From Candidatus Saccharimonadota bacterium (GTDB lineage: Bacteria > Patescibacteriota > Saccharimonadia > Saccharimonadales > UBA10212): a stretch of DNA of 43,882 bases. This document shows positions 7,510 to 17,700 of the stretch, one piece after another; position 1 is the first letter of the stretch; the number at the start of each line of letters is the position of its first letter. Location: the NCBI GenBank assembly GCA_013815775.1, contig JACDFN010000001.1, forward strand, positions 1 through 43,882, given 5' to 3'. Made by a program: the position numbers and the translations under genes. The notes below the pieces were generated by a model. It worked only from the letters and a program-made list of their open reading frames with translations, was not told where the DNA came from and searched no databases.

Positions 7510-7974
7510 CTAATCAAACACTCCCCCCGGTATTAGCCATTGCAAAAATGCCGATACGAATATAAATGCTAGCAGGGCAATCAGAGCGTTAGTTATGTGG
7601 TTTTTGGCTTCGGTGACAGCGTTTGGGTTATCGCCCGCCATAATGTAACGAATCCCTCCAAATATTATCATCGCCACTACTACCACGCCAACCCCTATGC
7701 TCAAGAAGTTAACTAGCAGCTGTAATTTTTTTACCACAGCATTCTCCTTTAAACATTCCTGGAGTTTCTTAGTGGTATTAGCATCATCGCACTTCGGGTC
7801 ACCAATGCTAGTGGACTTCTCGGTTTTAGCTGGGGGAGGAGTGGTGCCACCACTTCCGCCTCCACCAGGGTCAGGAATAGCAAGTGCAACCGCTGGGGAT
7901 ATAAATAACGCTAAAGCAAAACATGCAGTCGCTGCCATCACGATTCGTCTAAAATGAGTTTTTATCTTTTTCAT
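7510..7974 (-). CDS. VirB2/TrbC-like T4SS pilin 7
   Basis: Start reassigned to ATG 7974 (MKKIK..., signal ending ALA); GGIRYIMAGDNP..AKNHITNALIAL. Confidence 0.85.
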   Translation of the reverse strand: MKKIKTHFRRIVMAATACFALALFISPAVALAIPDPGGGGSGGTTPPPAKTEKSTSIGDPKCDDANTTKKLQECLKENAVVKKLQLLVNFLSIGVGVVVVAMIIFGGIRYIMAGDNPNAVTEAKNHITNALIALLAFIFVSAFLQWLIPGGVFD

Positions 7975-7998
7975 ACGCAGTGGAGAAATTCTTAAGTG

Positions 7999-8077
7999 AA
8001 CTATACCATAATCGAGTTTGACTGACAGCTCTTGGGGACAGTACAGATTGTGCCGTATAAACGCTTGTGGTATAGTT
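7999..8077. promoter_or_regulatory. Pair of divergent, identical extended -10 promoters (TGGTATAGTT) for the pilin and VirB6 operons
   Basis: AACTATACCA at 7999-8008 and TGGTATAGTT at 8068-8077; 25 and 24 nt from -10 hexamer to each ATG; TTGTGC 17 bp upstream on +. Confidence 0.7.
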
Positions 8078-8100
8078 TCATCAGATACAGAACCCATAAA

Positions 8101-10893
8101 ATGAAAACGAACAAAAAAATATTCTTTGGGCTATCCTTCTTTATTGCGTTAGGGTTTTTTGTATTAGGCGGACAAAAGGTGCAAGCTGCTCCAGTCAACG
8201 ACGATAGTTTTAGAGATACCTTGTATGTGATTACCGCTCTTGAGAATGATCAACCCAAAACTATTACCGTAAAGATAGCTGGCAAAGATTTTACTTTTAC
8301 CGATAAAAATACAACCGATAAAGACAATAACCTAAAAACCACCACTAATGATAGCTTTATCTGCGAGCAAAAAAACCCAACAACCGGTATTACCATAACC
8401 GGGAAACCGCAGCCAATACCGGGTGGTGGCAGCTCTTACGCCGGGTTTATTACTGTCAATTATATGAATAATACAGACGAAAAGTGTACTAATAACGCTG
8501 ACGAAATTGTTGTTAAGCTACCAATTAACCCCGTCTATAACGCGCCTGGGACAGGGGGCGGAGCTGGAACCGTGGGTAATGACGAAGCGCCCGATGTTTG
8601 TTACATTGATTCCGGTGGTTTTCCGCTAGCATGGGTTTTTTGCCCGCTTTTAAGCGCCGGTAATGCTTTAGCTAACGAAATGCTCAATCTTTTTCAGGAC
8701 CAGCTCTCATTTACTGTGAATCAAGACCTTGGCAACCAGGATAGCCAAAACAGAGTAAAGCTCGCCTGGTCACTTGTAAAAAACATATCAAGTGCCGGTC
8801 TCGTCATCATCATGTTAATTATGGTCTTTTCCCAGGCTGTTGGCAGCGGCTTGTTCGATGCCTACACTATTAAAAAAATTCTGCCGCGACTGGCAATAGC
8901 GGCCATTGTCATGCAGTTGTCTTGGGCGCTTTTTGGCTTTGTAGTAAACCTGGTTAACGACATAGGAAACGGCCTAGCGGCCTTTATGTTCGCCCCGTTT
9001 GGGGGCAGCGATAACCTAGAACTTGGCGCCCTTCTGGCCAACGCAGGTATAAGCGTTGTAGAAGCCGCAGCCATAAACTGGGTGGCCCTTATAGCCGTAG
9101 TTGGCTTGGCTGCCGCCGCACTCCCGACGACACTATTCCTAGTTTTTGCAGCCATAGTAGCCCTCTTCACTGCTTTAGTGACCTTAGTTCTTCGAAAAAT
9201 AATAATAATAATGTGTCTTATATTGGCACCACTGGCGCTTTTGGCCTGGATTCTACCCGGAACTCAGCGCTACTGGAAGCTATGGGCGGATAATTTTACG
9301 AAGGTGCTGGTTATGTTCCCGATAATAATTGCCATTGTGGCGTCTGGTAGAATCTTTGCCTACGTGGTGGGTACACAGGATAATAATAAATTTCTAAGCC
9401 TTATCCTAGTGCTGGTTGGCTTTTTTGGGCCTTTATTTTTACTGCCAAAAGCCTTTAAATGGGGTGGCTCGGCAATGGCCTATGCAGGCAATGCAGCCTC
9501 GAGCTTTGGAGGAAATGTAAAAAAAGTGAGCGAAAAGCCAATAAAAGAATACGGGCAGCTACGACAAGGTAGCATTGCCAAACAATATAATCCCGATGCC
9601 AGTAGAGGCAGACGGGCGCTTAGCCGTATCGGTTCTGGACACTTCCTTCCCACCGAACGTTCCCGTCGGCTAACCATTCGCGCCGGTGACCAGTGGGCCG
9701 CAGACCGTAATGAAGAAGCCACCGCTTATGCCGGCAGAGTATCAGAAATAGCAATGAGTAAAGGCTACACGGCATATGAGCTAGATAAAAACGGCAACCG
9801 GATCAAGGATGCCAACGGCAAAGATGTAATAGCTAAAGATAAAAATGGTAATGAAAGAGTTTGGACTCCTGGGGTAGGCGCAGCTAAGCAAGCTCTTATA
9901 GACCTGGCCGGTACCGACCAAACTTCTGACCATGCGAAGCGAGCCGGGCAGGCCGCAGCCAAACAATTGATTGATACTAGTTCATGGATTGAGCTGCAAG
10001 GCAGTACAATTACGAGAGGCGCTAACGCCGGGAAAAGGATATTTGACGCAGGAGCCAACGAAATCTGGGAGAAAACACTTACCACCAGCCCTGAACACTA
10101 CTCTAAAACTCTTAGGAGCAGACCGGATCTTGTGCCACATATGCTCCAATACACTTACGGTGATAATAAGGTTAAGGACCTCTACCCAGAAGAGTTTGCT
10201 GGCATTGATTCCAGCAACCACGATGCAGTGGCGGCCAAAGCAGCCCAGGTCCGTCAACGTAGAGGCTTAAACAAGAATCAAAGGCTCTCAGATGCAGACA
10301 GAATGATAATGTCCATAAAAGACCAGATGAATCCCGAAGATCTTTCCAGCGTGGCTCAAGGCTTCTATCAGGAGATTGCTCGGCTGGGAGATGCCCAAAG
10401 AGGTGGCAACCCTGTTGACGGCCAACGGGTCTCTAACGCTCTGCACGGAGTACTCAAGGGTCTGGCCGATACGGGGCTTCCCGGGCAGCAGGTAATCGCC
10501 AGGTTATCGGGTGGTAGCTTAGGAGAAGACGTTAATAAAGCGCTGGCGAATGGTACAGCCAGTAATAACATTGATGATTATCTTCATCATTCTCAAGCTT
10601 CTGGTAGGGGACGCCCCGCACCTCCACCTGCCAACCAGCAAACAGCTGGAACTCAAGCAGCAGCAACTCCAGGCTCATCTCAAGGCGGTCCGATAGGTGG
10701 TGACCCCAGTGTATTAAAAATTGACCACGATGCTCTCGCTGGAGCCGTAGCCAGTGCTTTCAAGGAAGTTTTGCGTACCAGCCCCCAAACCGTTTTTCAT
10801 CCTACCGAAGGTACGTCTACTTATTCTCCGCCTTCGGCTCCAGCCGAAAAACCTCCTGAGCCAGAACCGCCTCAGCAACCCCCTAGCGCATAA
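8101..10893 (+). CDS. Extended VirB6/TrbL-like polytopic T4SS membrane protein
   Basis: Start reassigned to ATG 8101 (signal ending VQA); extracellular N-domain, multi-TM core with RKIIIIMCLILAPLALLAWILPGT..W..W, long hydrophilic C-tail; upstream of PrgI and VirB4. Confidence 0.8.
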   Translation: MKTNKKIFFGLSFFIALGFFVLGGQKVQAAPVNDDSFRDTLYVITALENDQPKTITVKIAGKDFTFTDKNTTDKDNNLKTTTNDSFICEQKNPTTGITITGKPQPIPGGGSSYAGFITVNYMNNTDEKCTNNADEIVVKLPINPVYNAPGTGGGAGTVGNDEAPDVCYIDSGGFPLAWVFCPLLSAGNALANEMLNLFQDQLSFTVNQDLGNQDSQNRVKLAWSLVKNISSAGLVIIMLIMVFSQAVGSGLFDAYTIKKILPRLAIAAIVMQLSWALFGFVVNLVNDIGNGLAAFMFAPFGGSDNLELGALLANAGISVVEAAAINWVALIAVVGLAAAALPTTLFLVFAAIVALFTALVTLVLRKIIIIMCLILAPLALLAWILPGTQRYWKLWADNFTKVLVMFPIIIAIVASGRIFAYVVGTQDNNKFLSLILVLVGFFGPLFLLPKAFKWGGSAMAYAGNAASSFGGNVKKVSEKPIKEYGQLRQGSIAKQYNPDASRGRRALSRIGSGHFLPTERSRRLTIRAGDQWAADRNEEATAYAGRVSEIAMSKGYTAYELDKNGNRIKDANGKDVIAKDKNGNERVWTPGVGAAKQALIDLAGTDQTSDHAKRAGQAAAKQLIDTSSWIELQGSTITRGANAGKRIFDAGANEIWEKTLTTSPEHYSKTLRSRPDLVPHMLQYTYGDNKVKDLYPEEFAGIDSSNHDAVAAKAAQVRQRRGLNKNQRLSDADRMIMSIKDQMNPEDLSSVAQGFYQEIARLGDAQRGGNPVDGQRVSNALHGVLKGLADTGLPGQQVIARLSGGSLGEDVNKALANGTASNNIDDYLHHSQASGRGRPAPPPANQQTAGTQAAATPGSSQGGPIGGDPSVLKIDHDALAGAVASAFKEVLRTSPQTVFHPTEGTSTYSPPSAPAEKPPEPEPPQQPPSA

Positions 10894-10932
10894 GAGTTGC
10901 CAATGACGCTTATGTATCAGATACTGTAAGCT

Positions 10933-11925
10933 ATGGCTATTTATAAGGTAATTCAGGATATTGAGGCCGAGGACAAGCTTGTTGGACCGCTAAGCCTGAA
11001 GGGTTTTATTTACGCAATTATTGCAATGACCCTGGCCTATCTTAATTTCCGTATATTGCTTAGTACCGGTTTTAACCCTTTGGGTATTCTAATCGTATTA
11101 ATATTATCCTTTCCAATGTTTCTTTTTGGGGTTTTAGCCTCGCCACTAGGGCGCGACCAGCCCACGGAAGTGTGGCTGTTGAGCCATGTACGTTACTTTT
11201 TGAAGCCCCGTAAACGAACCTGGGACCAAGCCGGAGTAATTGAACTGGTAACAATCACCGCTCCAAAGAAAGTGCAAAGGCAGCTGACTAAAAATTTTAG
11301 CCCCAACGAAGTAAATAGTCGCCTCCAAGCTCTTGCCATGACGCTGGATAGCCGGGGTTGGGCCGTAAAAAACGTGAATATAAACCTTAATCCTACCCAG
11401 GGATATAGCGCTCAAATAATTCAACCAGGTTCCGACAGACTAGTAACCGCCAGCAATATGCCTCAAGACGTTTCATCTTTGGATATTCAAGCATCTGAGG
11501 ATATTCTTGACGAACAAAATAACCCAACCGCTCAAAATTTTGCAAGGCTTATGCAGCAAGCCGAAACAAACAGAAGGATTCAAACTGTTAGCAGGGTTAA
11601 TGACGCTAGAGGGGGAGTGGTCCAACAACCGGTGGATTTTAGCTTTCTGGATGAACAACAAGTAGCCACAGAAAGTTCTGGGCATACCAGGTTTGTTACT
11701 CACACGATAGTTGGGCCTGAACCCAAGCAAGTGAGCCGTATCATTCCTGTTCCCCCGCCAAACGCCATTCCTAAGGTGACAGGCTTAGCGCAAGCTGATA
11801 AAATTGAACTCATAAAGGCCGCTAAAAACGATAAGGTTTCCACGCTCGCTAAACTGGCCAATCGTCGGGCCCGGGTTGTTCAAAACGGACCCAACGAAGT
11901 GGAAATTACCCTTCATTCAGAATGA
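10933..11925 (+). CDS. PrgI family (VirB3-like) protein with C-terminal extension
   Basis: YKVIQDIEAEDKLVGPLSLK.F, two TM helices, P.E.WL....Y..KPRKR.W. Confidence 0.85.
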   Translation: MAIYKVIQDIEAEDKLVGPLSLKGFIYAIIAMTLAYLNFRILLSTGFNPLGILIVLILSFPMFLFGVLASPLGRDQPTEVWLLSHVRYFLKPRKRTWDQAGVIELVTITAPKKVQRQLTKNFSPNEVNSRLQALAMTLDSRGWAVKNVNINLNPTQGYSAQIIQPGSDRLVTASNMPQDVSSLDIQASEDILDEQNNPTAQNFARLMQQAETNRRIQTVSRVNDARGGVVQQPVDFSFLDEQQVATESSGHTRFVTHTIVGPEPKQVSRIIPVPPPNAIPKVTGLAQADKIELIKAAKNDKVSTLAKLANRRARVVQNGPNEVEITLHSE

Positions 11926-11959
11926 ACTTAAGTTAAACCAAAACGGGTGGAAGAAAAGC

Positions 11960-12781
11960 ATGAATCCTAGCCAACAGATAAATCCCAGTCAGATGCCAAA
12001 TAGTCAGGCTTTTCCTGTTGCCGTCCAGACAGGCAAGACTTCTCAGCCAACTAACCCAAATAGTACTCAAAATAGCCTCCAGATTAGCGAAATACGCGAC
12101 GGCATTGGCATTATGAGCGACGGGTCTTTTAGGGCTGCGCTGATGTGTAAGTCTATAAATTTTGACCTGATGAGCGACCAGGAGCGGGAAGCGGTGGAAT
12201 TTAGCTACCAAGGGTTTTTAAATTCGCTTTATTTTCCAATTCAGATTTTCATTCGTAGTCAGAAAGTAGACCTCCGCCCCTACCTAGAAAAGCTTGATAA
12301 AACCAGGACCGAGCAAGCTAACATGCTACTGGCCATGATGATGGATGACTATATTGGCTTCTTATCTGATGTTGCCCAGCAGACAAATATAATGGATAAA
12401 AGGTCTTATGTAATAATCAGCTACCCAGACCCTGATGAAAATTTTAGAAGTGCGATTAAACAAAGTACAGGATTTTTTAATGGCATGCTTGAGTTGTTCC
12501 GGGGTAACAAGCCTCCCCATGTAGTCATCAATGAAAGTGTTTTAGAAAATGCTAAAACCGAGTTAAAGAATCGTGTTCAAGCTGTTATGCAGGGTCTGCA
12601 GCAATGCGGCGTTCAAAGTTTGCCTTTAGATACACAGGAATTAATTGAACTATTCTACGGTGCCTATAATCCAGATACGGCTACCAGACAACAGCTTAAA
12701 AATTTTAACGACTTAAATGCCCCCATTGTCACTAAGGCTGCAGCTCCAGCGCCCGGCGCTACCACGGGGGCAATAAGATGA
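11960..12781 (+). CDS. VirB4-associated cytoplasmic protein (resembles VirB4 N-terminal/TrsD-like modules)
   Basis: Start reassigned to ATG 11960; STQNSLQISEIRDG..SINFDLMS..E..A....YQGFLNSL.FPIQI; ATGA overlap with VirB4. Confidence 0.7.
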   Translation: MNPSQQINPSQMPNSQAFPVAVQTGKTSQPTNPNSTQNSLQISEIRDGIGIMSDGSFRAALMCKSINFDLMSDQEREAVEFSYQGFLNSLYFPIQIFIRSQKVDLRPYLEKLDKTRTEQANMLLAMMMDDYIGFLSDVAQQTNIMDKRSYVIISYPDPDENFRSAIKQSTGFFNGMLELFRGNKPPHVVINESVLENAKTELKNRVQAVMQGLQQCGVQSLPLDTQELIELFYGAYNPDTATRQQLKNFNDLNAPIVTKAAAPAPGATTGAIR

Positions 12782-14703
12782 AACTTCCTTTCAACAAGAA
12801 GCCGCCCGTGCCTGAAGATGCCGGGTTCAATAATCAGATGCTTGAGCAGCAAGAGGTGAATACGGCATTTCAGAAGGGCGTAACGGCTCTGCGGGATTTT
12901 ATCGCTCCTAGTTCTCTTGAATTTAATAGCAATTATTTTCAACTGGGTACACGCTATGCGCGCTCATATTACGTTTATGGCTACCCCCACCAGGTATACA
13001 CCGGTTGGTTATCCGGCATGATTAACCTGGATGAAATAGTAGACCTATCGATGATAGTTCAGCCCGTAAAATCCGAGGTGGTACTTAATAACCTTCGCAA
13101 AAAGGTTAGCCAGCTTGAAGCAGGCATCCAGATAGACTCCGAGAAAGGTCGAGTTCGTGACCCCGCTAAACAGGCAGCCATCCTAGATGCCGAGGAGATG
13201 CGCGATAAACTTCAGGTGGGAGAAGAGCGCTTTTTCCGCTTTGGGCTTTATTTCACTCTATACGCCAACTCCATGGAGGAGTTAGAAATTGTAAGCCACA
13301 AAGTGGAGTCCTTGCTTGGACAGCAACTAATATATTCCAAGCCTGCTAGCGCCCAACAAGAACAAGCCTTTAACAGCACTCTCCCGCAGTTTACAGATCA
13401 ACTCCAAATATACCGTAACCTCGACACCGGAGCTATAAGCACCAGTTTTCCATTTACTTCTGCTGACTTAACCCAGGATAACGGCATTCTCTACGGAATA
13501 AACATGCATAACTCTGGGTTAGTTATTTTTGACCGTTTCTCTCTAGAAAATGGAAACAGCGTAGTCTTCGCTAAGTCCGGAGCCGGTAAGAGCTTTACGG
13601 TAAAGCTTGAAGCTCTACGGAGTATGATGTTTGGTACCGATATTTTTATTATCGACCCAGAAAACGAATACCAAAAAATGTGCGACGCCGTAGGTGGGGC
13701 ATATGTTCGCTTGAGCTTAAACAGTACAACGCGTATAAACCCCTTCGACTTACCGCAGGTCATAGATACCGATGAAGCCGATAACGCCCTTAGAAGCAAC
13801 CTGATAACATTGCATGGATTACTTAGGCTTATGATGGGCGGCGCACAGGCCCAAATGCTAGGTAACGGCACGACTGCCACCATGCCGGCCCTAAGCCCAT
13901 CAGAAGAGGCTGATCTTGACGCCGCTTTAATAGAAACCTACGCTAAGGCGGGTATCACTCCAGACCCTCTTACCCACGGTTCGCTACCGCCAACGGTTAA
14001 CGATCTTTACGACACCCTGCTTCATATGGGCGGCACTGGCCCGCAGCTAGCCCAAAGGTTGCGCAAATATACGACTGGTACATTTGCCGGCATTTTCAGT
14101 CAACAGAGCAATGTTAACGTCAATAACCCTATGGTAGTTTTCAACATTCGCGATCTGGAAGACGAACTAAGGCCGGTAGCTATGTATATAGTCCTTAACT
14201 ATATTTGGAACAAAACAAAAGCTGACAAGAAACGACGACTATTAATCGTTGATGAGGCCTGGCAGTTGATGCGCTATGAAGACAGTGCAAACTTCCTTTT
14301 CTCTTTGGCCAAGCGTGCTCGAAAATATAACCTCGGTATAACTACCATTTCGCAAGATGTTGAAGATTTTATGGCATCAAGGATGGGTCGAGCAATAGTG
14401 GCTAACGCCAGCATGCAAATGCTTCTCAAACAATCGCCTTCGGCGGTAGATGTACTGGCTGATGTATTTAAGCTAACCAGCGAAGAAAAGAAAAGACTTA
14501 GCCAATTCCCGGTTGGTCAAGGCTTGTTCTTCGCCGGCCAAAGCCACGTACACATCCAAGTAATCGCCAGTCCGACTGAATCTGGCTTAATAAGCACTAC
14601 CCCGAGCCCTACTCGACGACCAGCCGTGAATACAAACCCCCAAAACGAACCTACTTATTCCGATAATCTACCGCCAGAGTCTCAGCAGGCCACCGGAGCA
14701 TAA
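12778..14703 (+). CDS. virB4: VirB4/TraE-family T4SS ATPase
   Basis: Walker A AKSGAGKS, IIDPENEY, INPFD, Walker B LLIVDEAW, KRARKY..TTISQ. Confidence 0.93.
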   Translation: MKLPFNKKPPVPEDAGFNNQMLEQQEVNTAFQKGVTALRDFIAPSSLEFNSNYFQLGTRYARSYYVYGYPHQVYTGWLSGMINLDEIVDLSMIVQPVKSEVVLNNLRKKVSQLEAGIQIDSEKGRVRDPAKQAAILDAEEMRDKLQVGEERFFRFGLYFTLYANSMEELEIVSHKVESLLGQQLIYSKPASAQQEQAFNSTLPQFTDQLQIYRNLDTGAISTSFPFTSADLTQDNGILYGINMHNSGLVIFDRFSLENGNSVVFAKSGAGKSFTVKLEALRSMMFGTDIFIIDPENEYQKMCDAVGGAYVRLSLNSTTRINPFDLPQVIDTDEADNALRSNLITLHGLLRLMMGGAQAQMLGNGTTATMPALSPSEEADLDAALIETYAKAGITPDPLTHGSLPPTVNDLYDTLLHMGGTGPQLAQRLRKYTTGTFAGIFSQQSNVNVNNPMVVFNIRDLEDELRPVAMYIVLNYIWNKTKADKKRRLLIVDEAWQLMRYEDSANFLFSLAKRARKYNLGITTISQDVEDFMASRMGRAIVANASMQMLLKQSPSAVDVLADVFKLTSEEKKRLSQFPVGQGLFFAGQSHVHIQVIASPTESGLISTTPSPTRRPAVNTNPQNEPTYSDNLPPESQQATGA

Positions 14704-14709
14704 AACTAG

Positions 14710-17700
14710 ATGGCAGAACCAGCACGCCAACTAAACGAACGGGAGGGTAATACTCACGATAACCATAAGCCGGGACAAGTTTTTGAGCCAAGAATAGTTG
14801 AGGGTAACGGTGGAGGCGACTCCATACCACGAGGAAAATTAGTTGCGGCAAAAGAACCCACATATGATCAGCCTGGCAATGAATCATCCACTCCTGACAA
14901 GCCTAATTTAAAAGCTCTAGAGGGTGGCGGAGAACCTTCAAGGCCAAAGGACAATCTACGCAGTAATGCTGAGGATGAAAATTCAACATCAGAAAATTTA
15001 CTAAAGGCAGAGAGTAGTGCAGAAGTAAGCCCTCAACGACACGAAAACCCGGTAGGTGATGGCTATAAATCTGCTGGCAAGCAAAAAGGACTGATGTCGC
15101 GTTTTACTAGTCGCCGGGCCTTAATTGGTATAGGTGCCTTAGGAAGTGCCACGATAGTAGGCGCTGTTCTGCTATTTAGTTTTTTGAATATTTTTAAACT
15201 CGATGGCTTAATGAGCAATGTTACAGCTAAGGCCTTCCTGCGGAGCAGCGCCGTTTTAGACGGAAGGTCTAGCAAATGGGTTTCGGCCTACATTCAGGCC
15301 AGGATGCTTGATATGGGCGACAGCGCTGACATGAACAATAATGAAAATATACTGTTTCGGAGCAATAAGGTTGACACAAACAGCCCTTTCACAGACTGGT
15401 ACAAAACCCTTCGAGCATCGAAATTTGAATTGGAGGTCTTTGAAAAACAAGGTATCAAGTTTACTTCAGCAGTAACGGCTGATGGCAAGATTAGGCCTGG
15501 CCGCATAGACATAAAGGGTCAAGACTCCATACCTATCAAAGTAAGTGCTAGTGATTTTAGCAAAATTAGCAGCGGAGACATCGAAACAATAAACAAATAC
15601 CAAACCTACGTTGATACAGAAGTGTTCAAAAATGATAAAGCTGCCCGTAAAGCTATCAAGCAGGTGGTTAAAGAGAATACTCTCTGGCACCAAATTTATC
15701 AGCGGCGCCACCTGCGTAAATCTATCCAAAACATGACAGGAGTAAGAGATTGGCGATTTTTTGAGCAGACTAGAGATAAAGCAAACGAAAGTGGTGCTGC
15801 TGTACGAGCTAAAGTGGTCGATAAAATGGTACCTGACGCTACACTGCTGGGCAGGGTTACCCGTTGTTTGTTTGGAGTCGAGCAGTGCAATCCCAGCCGC
15901 GACGTTGCTGATCCCAAAAACCGAGCGACCGTTCAAGCCAAATACGGTACCGATAAGGCAAAAACTAAAGAGGAAATTAAAAAAGAACAGGAATTTTTAG
16001 CTCAGCTGAAAGACAAAGGTATTGACCCAAGTGATTTATCGGAAGCATTAAAGAAAATTTTAACCAGGGCTAATCTTATTACTAACTTGCTTTTCTTGCC
16101 AGATACCCTAGATATGATCGCCTTTATTGATGACAATCTAGAAAAACTTGTTAAGTTAGTTGTGCTGGCAAGAGGGGCGCAAGCCGCTGGTTTGTATCAA
16201 GAATTCTCAACAGCTAACGACCAGCTAAAAACCGGTCAAGTCACAGGGGAAGAAGTGAATCACTTTATGCAAATACTCAGCTCGGCCGGCAGTAGCGACG
16301 GATGGGCAAAGGTTGTAGAGGGTAAGGGAGACCCCGGCACCGCCTCTTCGACTGGCAAGTGTAGCAGAGAAGAATTAGCCAAGGCTGAAAAACAACCCAA
16401 TAAATATCAGAAAGAGTACGCTCTCCTATGTGCCGATGAGCGTATAGGTAGTACCGCTAAAGCACAACAAATTCAAGATGAATATAAAGCTACGGTTGGC
16501 ATCATTGTTGGGCCAATCGCAGATGCCTGGACGGGAGCTAAAGGCAATATTATAACAGGAACGTTCATTCGGGCAATTCAGTGGTTCAGCGGATTAATTG
16601 CTAGTGCACTTAGCGGTGTTTTTGGAGCAATCCTGGATATTTTAGGTCTTAAAGATAATGTCGAGAAAGCAATATTCTGGGTATTCGGTAAGCTTTCGGC
16701 TTTTATAGGCATCAACATAATCTCCGGTAACGAATCCGGAGGGAAATTTTATAACTGGCTAGTGCAGGGTGGTGCATATACCGCCGAGTCAGACGCTCGC
16801 CAAAAGGGCGCAAGCCTGACTAACGGCGCCAGCCTCGCCTCAACTCAGCTAGCTATTAAGCAACACCAGACCGACAGGCAGGAAGATATGAGTTTATTTG
16901 ACCGAGTAGCTTCGCTAGATAATCCAGACTCATTGGCATACAAAAGCTTAATTGCCGCTGATAGCTTACGATCAAACCCAAGCGCCGCCATGGCTTCGAG
17001 CTTAAAAAATATGTGGCGGGGACTTGGTAGCAGTTTTTCTACGATTCTTGTAGGGCAGTCGAGTGCGGCAACATTAGATGGTTATGCGGCCAGCAAGTTC
17101 GCCGGTATAGAGACCTATGATTATCCGCCTAAGTGTTCGACATTGAACCCAATACTATCTAAGCCCATAGATGGGACTAACGCATTGGACGTTTTTGCCA
17201 ACCCCTCAAAATATAATCTTAAAAACGCGCCTATTGGGTTATCGCAAGATGAAATTAATTCACTCAATGACTGGGACGTAATGACAAACAGCGATGAGTT
17301 CTATAATACAATCTACGGGATAATCGGCGAGAATACCGAAGATGCCGATGACATTGCTGTTCAGATCTATAACTGCCACCTGCTAGACACAGCTATTCGC
17401 GGCAGTTTAGGTTACCTATACGGCTACAGTAAGGACAATGGTCTAGAAGATAACGTTGCTAGCAGCCCGCCACCTGGCACCACTCCGCCGCCTCCAGGCG
17501 ACCCGACTTCTCCAGTTACCGGCACCGCGCAACAAATTGCCAAGCAGATATTGGCAGCAGCTGCGGCTGGGAAAATAAAGTTTAATGTACTATTTGGCTC
17601 AGATATATTTGACGGCTCAACTCCCGAGCAAAACGTTGAACAAACGGCGGCTGGCCTGCCAGCTAAGACCACCTCTACCTGCGGAAGCAGTGGTCGCGGG

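Noticed and set aside
4935-7974. Type IV (PilA) pilins
   Set aside because: No class III G/FTLIE leader; two-TM VirB2-like core instead
7975-8100. Longer overlapping starts at 8097 (-) and 8032 (+) from the ORF track
   Set aside because: They overlap head-to-head and bury the signal peptides; ATG 7974 and 8101 fit better. Starts at 11876, 17900, 27982, 30029 and 43597 were likewise trimmed
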